From the NCBI GenBank assembly GCA_965153455.1, contig OZ234493.1, forward strand, positions 15,118,213-15,182,212: 64,000 bases of DNA, given 5' to 3'. The notes below the pieces were generated by a model. The model saw only the letters and a list, made by a program, of their open reading frames with translations. It was not told where the DNA came from and did no database searches. Shown piece after piece: positions 36,158-49,191 of the stretch. Source of the stretch: Sphagnum compactum (taxonomy: Eukaryota). Within the stretch, counting starts at the first letter, position 1, and every line of letters begins with the position of its first letter. The position numbers were made by a program, and so were the translations under genes.

Positions 36158-39100
36158 AAAGAAGAAATAATTTTTGCATCTTCTTAAATTAAGAAAAAGG
36201 CACATATCAAACAGATCCTTGTAAAGAAAAGATCATGCACATGTGTGTACAGAGAACAAAAGAATAGTTGCCATGTCTGCTGAAATCCCAACTGATTCTT
36301 GCAAGAATAAGTCTCTGTTCTGTAGTCTGTCTGTGGGTTTATATTGCCACCCAATGGATGGCACTAGGGTGAACATAGTTCATCAAATCCTTTTACAACT
36401 CAGTTGGAGCAACAAGGTGAAAACACAATATTCTGACTCAATTTTCAGTCCATACAACGGTGTTGGGTATTGGGTTTGGGTTTTAGGGTAGAGAGCCTTA
36501 TATGGCTATAGACCAAAAGTATTGCCATGGGTTTAGGGTTAAGGGAAATGAGCCGATAAAGACTATATAATGCCCAAAAAGTATTGCCATCCCATGACAC
36601 TCATGACTTCATCGAGTTTGGAGAGAGAGACTGAGCACAAATGTTTTCATCAAAACACGAAACTAGAAGTTGTACATTGGGTTATGAGCTCTGTATGAAG
36701 AAACAATCTGGAGTTGCAAGTAATGGGCGATTCAGAGTCGGAACAGAAGAGCAATTGTGTTCCCTTCTGTTTTAGTCCAAAACCCACTGTTAGTTATGTG
36801 CAGAAAGAAGTGAAATCTAGATACAGAGCTGCTGCTGGACGCATGACAGGAACTTGAACCAAACCCACCTGAAAAGAAAGATATCCTAAAAAATTGCAAA
36901 GATATTGAATTGAGATAGTTTTTTTGTTGGATTATGATTCACAAGGTGTGCGGTGGTGGCATCGGAGGCGATAAATGAGGAGGGGGCAAACAACAGCAGC
37001 AGCAAGAAGGACAACCTACCTTTTCAACAGAAGATTTCATGCCGACAGTAGCACTCAATATCCATGGTGTTCAAGGTCTTTTGTGTTGGGTGGGTGGGGT
37101 GTGGGAGTATCCAATAACAAAATGTCAGAACTGGTCAAAGATCTGTTCTAGGAGCACTGAACAAAAAACTCTTTGCTGGGCAACCAGCTTAACATCAGAA
37201 GAACATGACACTCCATCCCATTAGCAGCAGATTTAATTGCATTTGACCTCATTCTTTGATGGGGGCCTGTCCATCAACCTTTTCAAGTTTTTTGTGTTAG
37301 TTCCAACTGCCAGGCAATTCATGATTTATAGCTTTCAACAATTAAAAAAACAGTTGTCAGCTACTACCTGTGTTTTGTCAGGCAGTTTCTTGTAGAAAAC
37401 CTCACACCCGAAGGGATTAGAAGAATTTCAGATGCTTTGAGAAGATGAAATGTGCTATATATTATAGAATAATAATAAAACCAATGAGTTCTGAGGTTGA
37501 AAGAAGGGATGGTTGTAAGTACCTCTTCATTGTCTTCCTGCAGTCAGGCTTGCCTAGCAACCACATCTGTATCGACCCCATTTGCACCTGCTGCTGTTAT
37601 CTAAGAATATGGCCATTGGTAACACCCACTTTGCTTTGCAGCAGCCTGCACAGTGTCCTGTGCACAAGTGGTGCATATGCATCAAAAAATCTATGCTAAG
37701 TCTTTACAATGTACCTTCTGAACTTCTTGTGTGAGTAGCAGCTTCAATTGTGGGCCACTGCATCAGGGCCATCATCTGTACCATCATCATCCTGAGTTGC
37801 AGTTTCGTGAAAGAGGAAACTGCGCAGGACAAAAAAAGAGTCTGTTCTGGAGCCTCGAATCCAACAAGGAATTTTTCCACCACATCAAACCCTAAATGGG
37901 CTATGCACGCAAGGTTTCAGGTTTGCCAAAGGTGGGTTTCCCAAACTGTGGTTTTCAGTTCACAAAGCTTTCAGCAACTCCATACATACAGTGTGCATCT
38001 TGTTCTTCTAATGTCTACTCTAGTCAGAATCCCCTGCTGTTTGTTTTCTCCTGTCTCTAGTTTCTGGATGGCATGCAAGACTCTAACAACATGTGTCCCG
38101 CTACTAACCTATCTTTGTAGTAAACCTGAACTGGAGGCTCATGAAACTTGCTGTTGTCCTCAACACCATCACATCTCCATTTGACTCTCACATGACGTTC
38201 TTCTCAAATTGGAACATCCCAGTTTGAGACAATGTAGAACAATGAAGATTGGTGTGGTGTGCAAATCATTTGATGTCACCACATGCACCAATTATTTTGA
38301 ACTATGAATCAAACTCATATTTTTCTCAAAGTCAAAACATGTTTCTTTAGCAGCACGGAGGAGAGAATAGTGTGTATGTAACCTTTATATATGCACAGGT
38401 CCAAAGGCAAAAGAAACTGGGGCTAAATTATGCTACATTTTGGTGGGGCGTTGGGAAAAGTTGCAAAATAAACATTATACCATACCTGCAACTGATGTTC
38501 AGGACAAAATAAATTTGCAAAAGCTCTAGACAAGAAAAAGAGAAGGTTTTTATTGAACACTTGGTGAATTTGTTGAGAATTGAGCTCCCGTCTAAACCAT
38601 TGCATTACTATTACAAATACACAACACAAGGTGTATTGTGCATGCTTGTTGTAATGAATTCGCATAGAGGATTTTTAATATGATCGAACTAGGATTCTAA
38701 ACCGAGGCCACAAATGCACAAAATAGAACATGGAATAAGTTGGATTTGAAAAGGAATTTGAAATGGAATGAAGGAAAATCTTAACAACTTTTAAAGCAAC
38801 TTTAAACCACTTGCTGCTGAAGACCGGCATTCTCTTTAGTGATGAAAATCTATAAGTGTCCATGGTATAGGACACAGTTCAGTGTGCTCTCATGGTTTTT
38901 AAGGTGCTTCTACCTTAGTCATGCTGCACTCCATGAGTAAGCTTTGAACATGGAGGCAATTTTCTAATTTTTAGACCTAAAGTTTGGAGATATTGAATTT
39001 TGAACACTTTCTGTTTTTAATGAAAATTCAATATCAGATTTACATTATAGAACATTGGTGTACCATTTTCCCTTACAAAATTCATTCAACATATTACAAT

Positions 39101-40609
39101 ATGTGCTCAACGGCACATGTAGCACAGGATTGTTCATTGATCACAGTTTGGAAGGAAGGACCTTTGCATAAGTAAATGCATAGCTAGATTTTTTTTTGTA
39201 TAGGAGAAGGGCGTGTACTTAGGTCCTTTTCCTAAGCAGAGCTGGGAATTTTTCACTTTTTAGAAATAGTGACATGCTGGCTGTTACCTTCTACTGGTCA
39301 GAAGATCCCAGTACAACCTGGCTGGTACCTTCCACCGCAGAGGATCCCGCTTCCTGAAAACAGGTTTCTTCAGGCAGGTAAGGGAGCTGAAAATACAAAG
39401 GAAAAATCCAGGCAGTGCTTTACGTGTACTCAAACACCACATTATAGAGTGAACAAATTTGTCCTATTTTTGTGTGGGCTGTGTGATTTTCATATAGCCC
39501 TCCTACACTCTGCAATTGCTTTACAAAGATTGTAAAGCCCACATGCGATTCGTCTTGCCACACAGCCATGGCCTTTACACAAGTTAAAGCTCTTGAGTGA
39601 AGGGTATTACTGGATTTGGACTGGACTTGGAGCTGCCGCATTCAGGCCCTTTTTCTGGTAAAGCCATTGCCCTAACAGACCTTTACCAACCATTTTTTGT
39701 GACTTCCTTTCCAAACCCTGAATTGTATATTCACCAAGTTTCGGTACTATACTAAAAATTAGGAACAAGCTTATACACCTACAAAATCTCACAATGTAGC
39801 ACATTTTCATTCTAAATGAGTCATGATTAGAGTTTCTTTTTCTAACAATTTTTTTTTTCCACAAAAATTTGGGATTTTTTTTGTTTTTCTAGTGTAAATA
39901 TCACTAATTTTGCTACTTTTTGGGGAAAAAAAAGACAATTTTTTGATATTAAAAATGTGAAAAAGAAACCCTGGTCATCACAGAAGAAATAAAACTAAAG
40001 TGGATCATAAGTTCATAACACACAATGTGTTCAAAATGGAACAATATTTAACTCCTTACAAAAACTCTCTATTATTGAATACCACTTAATATTTCTGTCA
40101 TGTAACTGATTTTGGTGGCTTACTTAGGCACTTTTTAAGGCTTTTTCCTATGTGGGACCAGTGTTTTTTTGGGTCAAAATGCGAAAAATAAAAATAAAAA
40201 GGGAATATTCTGTCAGTACTTTGTCACAATACTCCCATTTTTTCTGAAAAGATGGCCAATTTTTTTTAATTTTTAGAATGAATTTTTTTGACTGCATTGG
40301 AGCTCTGATATTAGTTTGGTTCTAACTAGTTTTTTTACTATTTAGCCATTTAATGCTAAATCCCTCTTGTGATGCTAGCCAACACGGAACATTTAAATTT
40401 TTTTTTAAAAAAATTTCACTGGGTGGGACAGATGGTCATCTGCTGGTTCCACTTGTGTTGTGTATCAAAGAGTGGGAAATACTGTAATGATGTGAATCCA
40501 GCATGGGGGTACCAATTATACTCTGGAATAAGCCCTGTAAAACAGCCAGAATGAACCAGCACCCACCGACCCACCACCATGGATGGATGTGCGTGTGGAC
40601 AGGACACTC

Positions 40610-41040
40610 TTTTTCATTGGGTTCTAGCTCCCCAGCTAACCTCAATTGATCTCAAAAGGTTCTACAAGTGTGCGGAATTCAGGGTTCATCCAACTAACTG
40701 AGTGGTCTCACATTTTGTATGTCCTTTAAAGGTCTCATATTACAAAGGAGATTAAAAAACAAGTTGTGTCTTTTGTCTGGATTAAGGTTTGTCAACGGAC
40801 TTTTGAGGAGTTGACAAAATGCCTGGCATCAGTTCCAATCTTGGTGAGACCTGACTTCACCAAGCTGTTGATTTCGAAGTAGACTAGTGCACCAAAGGAG
40901 TGGGGGCTGTTTTGTGCTAGAAGGATGGGAGAAAGGGAGTGGTTGTGGCTTATGCAAGTAAAGGCCTATTCGATAGCCAAAAAGACTATCACCCAATGGA
41001 GGGAGAATGTTACGCATTGATCTGGGTTGTGATGCACTTG
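40610..41040 (+). mobile_element. Ty3/Gypsy pol (RT-RNase H) fragment
   Basis: LVRPDFTK..KGVGAVL..VVAYASKGL..KDYHPMEGECYALIW, with stops and frameshifts. Confidence 0.75.
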
Positions 41041-44000
41041 AGATGAGCAAGTTTGCAAAAGTTTGATGAAGGGGGAAGAGTGTGTGTACTCCAAGACAGA
41101 GATGACCAGGTTTGGAAAAGACCCAGAAGCAACATTCAAGTATTCTTATCTGCGGCTGAAGCCAAATTTGTGAAGACCCAAAAAATTTAATTGGGGAATG
41201 GTGAAATATATGATGGAAAAACATGGAAGAAATGGATTTTTAGAAAGTTCTGTCACTGGTCTTGAAGCTATGGAAATTTTTTATAGAATTTTCTACATGC
41301 TTTGTTGTTTTTCAATTTTGAAAATCTTCATCTTCATGTTAGGAAAATTTTGGAGACAGCAGCTTGTCTTAATTAGGATACTAGTGTGTAATTATGTTAC
41401 TTGATGAACATTTTGCTGATTAATTTTTGGGAGGGAATTTCCCTTATAAAAGGAGGTGGAATTTAGGACTCGGGGAGTCCATCTTGTTGGGGCTAATATC
41501 TGGGATTTTCTGAGGCAGTAGAAGATTTCTTGTGATTAGAAGTAGCAAATTGAGCAAGAGTTTTAAGAGAGATTAAGTCTGCAAAAATGTGATCTAGGTG
41601 GGAAGGGATCTGGAGGTTTGAAATTTTTAACAAGAAGCACAATTTTTGACCTGTTTTGGAAATAAAAAGTAGCAACATTGCATACAACAATTATGTACAC
41701 AATCTGGAGGTGCAGAAAGGCTCTTATTAGTACATGAAATCTGGATTACACATCCTAGGACCAAATGTGCCTATGGATTGAAGTGTTTAGTGTTTACCCT
41801 AAAAACATGTGTTGCTAAATGGTCATTGATGGATGTGAAGGGAGACTACTGATCTGGAGGCAAAGTAAAATTATTTTCTTTCTCACCCAAGTTTGGTGCA
41901 GGTGGTCACGTCAGGAGGTTGCATGATTATTTTGTTGTGTTAGAACAACCTCCCCCAATCTTTTGGTGACACAAGTTCACTTTTTATTTTGCAATGATCC
42001 ATTTTGATTGCTGGATTATCGTTGTAATTTATGCACTATGTGCCAATGCCCATGGTTTTGCAATTCAAATTTTGGCAAGGTAGTTTGTAGGTGGAAAAGT
42101 TGCATTAGATAGCACTCAATATTTTCTTTCTCATGAAACTTAATGTCAAGTGCAGAAAGTTCAGTTGGATATGTATTACAATCCTCCCAAGAATTCATTG
42201 TTGTTTAATGGTTTATTTTGACCATCAAAAAATCCAACAAAGCTTGAGGTGACATTACTTGATTTTTCCACATGAATCCATAGATTCTCAAAACCCTTGT
42301 TAAGGTCAGCTATTTGGTCATCAACTTTCCTTCACATATGGAAAAAGAAAAAGACATTTTATTTGATGAAAAAGTTTGAAAATTTATATATGAGAGATTT
42401 TGCATAATTTTTCGTATGATCATCCTTAAACACTTCTGAAAACAATTACCTCATTTCCATGCCTAACTATCTCACTTCTTTTCCCTACCCACCAACAAAA
42501 TGGGTATGAAAAGACAAATGAACATGTGCCTATTAAAGTTCCTGATATTTATATTAATTAAACTTAAATTTGACATTAACACAAATAATGATGAACTATT
42601 GAAAACCATATGAGAACATAAGAAAATAAAAGAAAAGAAGATCTTCACTTGTAGGGCTCAGCAATGTGGAGCTGAAGTGAAAATCAAAACCCATGTTTGC
42701 ATTCCTCAAACATATAATTTATGTTTTTTTTCTCAAAATCAAATGCATATGTAAACGAAGGAACATATTTTTACCATGCCCAAGTACAAGGTGATGCCAA
42801 GAGCATAAATTGCAATAACATTCTTTTGGAAATGCTAGTGTATTTCAACCTAAAGCTTTAGTTCTGACAGAATTCAAGAATGACAAGTTGCCCAAAGTGA
42901 ATAAATGTTTGGGATTTGAACCAACAATAATCCAGCAGGTCTATATTTCAGTCATAGGAATTGGGATTTTGAGGATGTTTGATACAAAAGACATTGGACC
43001 TTATATAATGAGGAACTTTTACTATCTAAAAAATTGTTAGTCAAATAATAAAAGTGTGGCCACTTTTGATTGATTTGAAAATGAAAGTAATTTAAGACCT
43101 TGAAAATTCAAATTATCAAAAGAGTCCTGACATTTAAACTGTACATAAAAAATTTGGGTACAAAGAACCACCAATTTTGCCAAATTTTCAAGATCAAAAA
43201 ATGAAAGAAAAGAAAACACTGATCAAGAGATCAAGATTCAAAGGACATAAAAAAATAAAAGAATTGAGACTCCAAGCTTCACATATGACCTTTAAGGTAC
43301 ATAAATGCTTATATAATACAATAAAGCACTTGGAGAAATTTCCTATGTGTATTTGGAGGGTCTCCAGCATCATTTTTTTGGGTGTGAAAATTTGTCACAA
43401 TGCAAAATGTTTTTTAAAAAAAGCATATTCAGTCACAATATTCTCTCTTTGATTGGGAACAATCATCAAACTTCAAAAAAAAAGGTTTGTAAAATTTTCA
43501 CCACATTTGGACTCTGATTTTAGTTTGGTAGCATTATGAAAAATAATTTTCTTATTATTTGGATAGGTTCTGAAAACCTGGTGCCAATTAAATGTTAAAT
43601 CCCTCTTGGGATGCTAGCCAATGATGCAACATCAGAAAATTGAAAATATATATCATTGACCTCAGATAGTCATTTGGCAACACTGATTCACTTTTTTGGC
43701 GAATTGTTTTTCAATTTTTAAATTGCAAAATCTTCTTTTGGGTGGTGGTTGCTACAGGTCTTTCCACTAGCTTCATGATTTAATGGGTAGGGTGTTCTGT
43801 GCAAGGGGTATTAGCCCAGGCCGAAAATGGTGACGAACTCTTTTGGGAAGAGAAATTTCATGCAGCCAATGGGAAGGCCCAAGCATGCACGCAAGGTGCC
43901 TTGCTTTTTTTCCTTTTAAGTTTTGGGGGGAGGGGGCCAGGATTTTTTTTCATTTTTTCCTTGGTTCCCAATGTGCTCCCACTAGGTTACCTTCAAGTTC

Positions 44001-45076
44001 TCAATGGGTTCCCAATATGTTCCCCAAGTTCCCAATGTGTTCCCTAACATGTTCTTCATAGCACCTCACTTTTATCCCATATATTTTGGCAAATGTTGTC
44101 CTCCTTTCACCTATCTAGGTGCGCCAAAGGGGATGAACTCTATACTTCAAAACAGAACCTTCTATTTTGGAGAGCCTCCATAGTTTCATTTTTTTAGTGA
44201 TGGGCAAATCAAAGCAGCTCGTTGCAAGAAAGAATAAATAAATTTGAACTGGGGAGTCACATCATCCAATTAAGTCAAAATCTGTCTGGGGATGCTGGCC
44301 TCTGTTGCTACCCTACAAAATTGGATTTTTTTTAAATTTGTAAAAATTAAAATTAAAAAACACACTGGCCCCAAGTATAACCCCCTGAAATGCACCTCCT
44401 AGAAAAGAGGAGGGTTAAAGAGGTAGGCATAAATTGGACCCTCCTGTTCCACACATACAAGGCATAAGGTCCCTCAGACCCCTATGCCCTGGGAGTCTGC
44501 ATTTGTTTTGGCTTGCTGTAAGGTTTTGCCTCATGCTTTGAGTCAGCATTTCTTTTACTGGCAAGTTTTCGCCAAATTTCGACCTATGCAAAGGAATTTT
44601 CACGGAAAAAAAATGACCAGAATTGACCAGATTTCGAAGCAGCTAAAAAATTCAAGTCATCACAATTTTATGATAACTTCTAGTAGGTAGCCACAAGACA
44701 ACATAGAAACAGTTCCCTTTTTTTTCTACTTTCATATGTAACATGTAGCCAAATTTGGCTAAACTATTTTCTGGATGATCGCCACTTTGACTGCATGACA
44801 AAATCCTTAAAGAAACCCTGCTTCAAGTTGAGTGAGGCTGCTAACCCGTGGGGAATATTCGCAAGATGTGCTGAGCTGGGCAGGGCCGTAGCTTATTTTG
44901 AGATTGCCCCCACCCCAGGGCTCAAGCCTGAAGCCTCTACAAATTTACATATTATTTATAGGAGTCATCACAGGATGCTTGCTGCTTTTTTCATACCATA
45001 TTTTATGTTGTAAGGACTTGGAGCGGTAATAAACTGAAAATTTATCTTCAAGGAAGCAAGCACAGGGCCTTGCAAG

Positions 45077-45241
45077 GGGACACACAAGCAAAGTATGCTT
45101 GGAGGAGGTCTATTTCTACCCTAGAACCTCGCTAGGGCAGTTGCCAGGTGGATGGTGGAACTGCTCTTCACCCATCCAGCGGGAAACTGCCCTAGCGAGT
45201 ATATATAGACCTCCTCCAAGCATACTTTGCTTGTGTGTCCC
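45077..45241. repeat. 165-nt fold-back with a 37-bp perfect outer stem
   Basis: GGGACACACAAGCAAAGTATGCTTGGAGGAGGTCTAT (45077-45113) pairs perfectly with 45205-45241. Inner stems CTCGCTAGGGCAGTT/AACTGCCCTAGCGAG and TGGATGG/CCATCCA. Confidence 0.95.
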
Positions 45242-45395
45242 TCTGCTCAAACTTCTTCTTCATCTTCGAGGCTTCTTTCGTGGCTACAACGACGTCTATA
45301 CCCGTGAGCTTTGTTTGCTGTTGCTGGACAAGCTGCAGGAGGAGGGAGGAGCTGCAGCACTCTGTCGATCATCTGCTGCTGCTCACAAATTGATT

Positions 45396-46002
45396 ATGAA
45401 GTCTGCACCCAGCTCGGGATCACGTCCTCCTCGACTTATGGCACCGGTGACCAGCTCCAGCCATGAGCTCCAGCTGCTGATTCCAAGCCCGCAGTTCGAT
45501 GTTGATGATCCACATGCGGAAGTTCTCATCCTGGTTTTCTTCAGTGTCGTGCTCTTAGTTCGACTGGCAAAAGAGTTGGTAAAACTCCTCCGGTCCCTTC
45601 GGCTGCTTACTCGAGATTTTGCTGCACGTGGGCGGGAGCCAATTATCATCCCTCCCCGTGATGCTCAGTTACAGGCAGTCGCAGAATCAACGATTGTAGA
45701 AATCATGGGTGAGTACTGAATAGTTAGTATGATCGATTTCATAGCTGGAGAAGATAACGAAGAAGATTGTTATATAGTCCACAGCTAGCTGATTCGGATT
45801 ACACTAGAATGTCGCATGATGCAGGCCGCGTAATGGATGTCCACATGTGAGTGTGTAGAATCACTACCCCCCGATCTGAGACTTACCAATCAAAGATTCT
45901 TGTGGGTCTCCCTGAATTCGTTTCTAATGGTGTCTCTGGGTAATTGTCTTTGCAGGAATTGGAGAAACGGATGCAAACGGCGAGGAGACAAACGTGGAAT
46001 AG
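45396..46002 (+). CDS. Uncharacterised small protein with one hydrophobic helix, copy C; exons 45396-45708 and 45956-46002 (119 aa)
   Basis: Open in both exons. One in-frame codon insertion relative to copy A (FDVDDPH vs FVYEPH). Ends GIGETDANGEETNVE*. Confidence 0.6.
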
Positions 46003-46983
46003 ATCGTGAACAAGAACTGGCATTTTCAAAAATGTTGTCCTTGAACAGATCCCAGTCAGGCGAAGAAGCTGGGCTATGCAAAAATTTCTAAGTGTTTTCT
46101 CAACAAGAAAACCCCTGCAAAACGTACATAAACGTTTTGCTATGATTCTAGACATTTCTGGAGTTTAGACACTGTGTATTTTTTTTTCAAAAGAAGAAAA
46201 TCAGATTACATCAGTAATTTTCCAATACACAAATTTCTATGTCATTCATGTGAAGTTATACTTGGTCCATATACGATATATCACATGTAGGCTATACCTA
46301 TGAGATGGAACAACTGCTTGTATTTAGAAATAGAGAATACAAACTGACCCAACCTCTTGGAATCAGGATTTATTTTTCCCAGTCTTGTGAACTAAGTGAG
46401 TTGGCGATAGAAGTCTTAACCAAGATTTGGAAAGAACCCTAAGTGCACAGATGTGGTTGCAAACAGCGTTCATTTTAACATCTTTAGCATTAGCCTAAGA
46501 CTAGAGAGTTTATACTAAGTGTGACTATACTTTTGCTTTACATAAGGGTCAAAGAGGGAAATAATTTCTTTTTTTAAGCAACACTTATATATTTTGGCCA
46601 CCTGCTGGAACCTATTATCTAATTATGGCGATTTCGTAAATTTTTTCCTCTAATTCTGCTGACGACTTTGGCAAAAAAAATTTCCCACAAAAAATTCTTT
46701 TTTATGAGGTGCACTGGAATGACCAACTCCCAGGAGGTAATTCCTGAACTCTTTTCAGGAGGGGCCGGGCAAACTGTGGAAACCCTAATTCTTCCTCTAA
46801 AGAGGAAACCCTAATTCCTCCCGTATTCTCTTGCAGTCCAGCGCTAATTCTCTTCACTGTGAGCTCTTCTTGCCCTTCTTGCTCTTTCTGCTCTGCAATT
46901 TGCAAGATAGCGAGACCTCTCCAGCTCTCCCAAGTTGCCTGGCTCTGGATTGTGAATCCTGTTCATGGTCCATTCTGACAACC

Positions 46984-46998
46984 ATGTTCAAGAAGTAA

Positions 46999-47061
<63 letters not shown>

Positions 47062-49191
47062 GCATCATTCTCGAGCTTGGATTCAGTTTGATTTGTTTTT
47101 GCAGCTTGCAAGGCTTGATTCTTGTTGTTGGTATGCAGTAGAGTCGTAGTTTTTTGGCTTGCCTCATGACTAGTTTGCAACCTGTTGTGGGTTCCAAACC
47201 CTCATGTGTGCGCTCTAAGTGTCTTGCCCATAAGATCCTAAGGCTAAGGATATAGTAGAGCCTTTTGATTCATGTTTCTTAATAGTAGATATGCTGACAT
47301 TCTTGTCCGGTTGCGTCGTGGTGATAATGGGAATGGTGAGAAATTGCAGGTTTACGGCTGAGGAGGTAACGGGGCAGAATCAAGTAAAAGCATCTGTGCA
47401 GCGGAAAATTCGACAGAGCATCGCCGATGAGGTAAATGCAACAACGATCTCCGTCCTTCACTGGAGATACGAAACCCTAAAACTCATCTGTATTTGATTT
47501 AAGGATTTTCTTTTTCGTGCTTTCTTGGAGTAGGAAGAGGATGACTTTTTTTGTAGAATTGAAAACTGTTTTCTTTTTTTCTTTTCACAACCTTACAATC
47601 CCTGAGGGCACTAAAACCCTAGCGGTTTATGTGCAGTACCCTGACCTTGAGCCATTGCTGGAGGATATGCTTCCCAAGAAAGCTCCCCTGATTGTGGCCA
47701 AATGGTGTGCATCCATTACTCTCCTTGAACCCTAGCCTGAATTATCTATGTCTGAAGGAGATCTGCAGGATGCTGAAGATCAGTTAGGGTCTTGGAGTTG
47801 GATGTCAGATTTGTATATGCTCAAAGAACCCTAGCAGTTCACTAAAGCATTCAATGGATGTGCTGCCATATTTGGTGCCCTTTTGCATAGTCACACTTGC
47901 ACTGTGCACTGTATTCATTAAGGCATTTGAAGGACCTGAATGGATTCAACTGATGCTGTGAAAATGGCTAAATGATATTTTTGGGGGTTTGTGTGGTGGC
48001 AGCCAGAATCACATCAATCTTGTGGTTGTGAATAATGTGCCTCTTTTCTTCAATGTGCGGGACGGCCCTTACATGCCAACTTTGCGGCTTCTCCACCAAT
48101 GTAGGTTTCACTCTCCAGCTTACTTATGAGGAACATTATGTGTCATTGCATAAGTGTCTGTCATGGAAGTTATATGAACACTCTCTTTCCATGGTGCCAG
48201 AAACCTTGGTGGTGCAACAGCTCCATTGCAATTGCCACAATTAATTTGCTCATATCTTGAGTGCTCTCTCCAGTTTTTTGCTTGATTCTGACTCCAGGAT
48301 TGAGCATCTGTGATTGAGTTGGAGCTGGCAATATGTACAGATCCAGGAATCATGAAGATGTTCCGGGTGGATAGAGGAGCAATAAAGTTTGTGCTGTCGG
48401 GTGCCAATATCATGTGCCCAGGTCTCACATCTGCTGGTGGTGCACTTGATGAGGAAGTCCTAGCGGATGCTCCTGTTGTATGTGCACTCTCTCCAATTTT
48501 TTCATTTTTGTTTGAGTTGAGGAGGAGAGGGCACCCCAATCTTTTCTTCTGCCAGGGCATGTTCGTGATGGGTTGCACCAGTCCTTAAATATTGAATGGT
48601 TTTTTGCTTGAGGGTCTTTGAGTCATTTCTAATCTTTCTGAGTTTGCACAGGCAATTATGGCTGAGGGGAAGCAGCATGCTCTTGCTATAGGCTACACCA
48701 AAATGTCAGCCCAGGACATGTATGTGCTGTCACTTAAGTACTTTGTACAGTGCATTATACTACTGTGGGTAGAGATGCTCTTACAACTGCAGGAGAAAGG
48801 ATGTGTGCCCATGATTTGTTTGTTCCTGGATGTTGCAGAAGGAGCATTAACAAAGGAATAGGAGTAGACAACATGCATTACCTCAATGATGGACTTTGGA
48901 AGGTATGTCCACCATTCGTGTTATGCATTTTGTTAGCATTTTTTGTTGCATATAAGGATGTACACAACTTATATAAATGGCCTTGCTCTGTCTTAGGGTT
49001 CAGTGCAGCCTTCTAAACACAAAATTCTAGGAGGCCATCCAGCACCTTGGATTGAACAACCACCAGTACTTCAGAAGACTTGTTTTCTACGTTTTTTTTT
49101 CCCGTCTTCAACTAAGAAATCAACACTTAGTAGAGTAACACAATATGCTGACGGGGGATTTGCCTTGGGACAGACGCTCCACCTCGACTGA
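46984..49191 (+). CDS. MCTS1: MCT-1/MCTS1 (TMA20) PUA-domain translation re-initiation factor, 181 aa; exons 46984-46994, 47350-47431, 47637-47704, 48003-48100, 48341-48477, 48652-48719, 48839-48902, 49174-49191
   Basis: All introns GT-AG and 546 nt in frame: [71 protein letters not shown]. Confidence 0.96.
47002..47058 (+). repeat. (CT)n microsatellite in MCTS1 intron 1
   Basis: Directly visible. Confidence 0.98.

Larger units (their letters stand above)
43607..46436 (+). repeat. Segmental duplication copy C (direct repeat of 1-2991)
   Basis: Same alignment as copy A. Paired ORFs in the track (193/43799, 878/44484, 1728/45099, 2286/45837) are near-identical. Confidence 0.95.

Noticed and set aside
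36700-39380. Possible minus-strand spliced gene (candidate exons ~37713-37828, ~37522-37645, ~36760-36868)
   Set aside because: Splice-like sites exist, but I could not build a consistent stop-free frame or recognise a family.
45099-45395. N-terminal extension of the 206-aa ORF
   Set aside because: It starts at a non-ATG codon, runs through the hairpin and is not shared with copy A.
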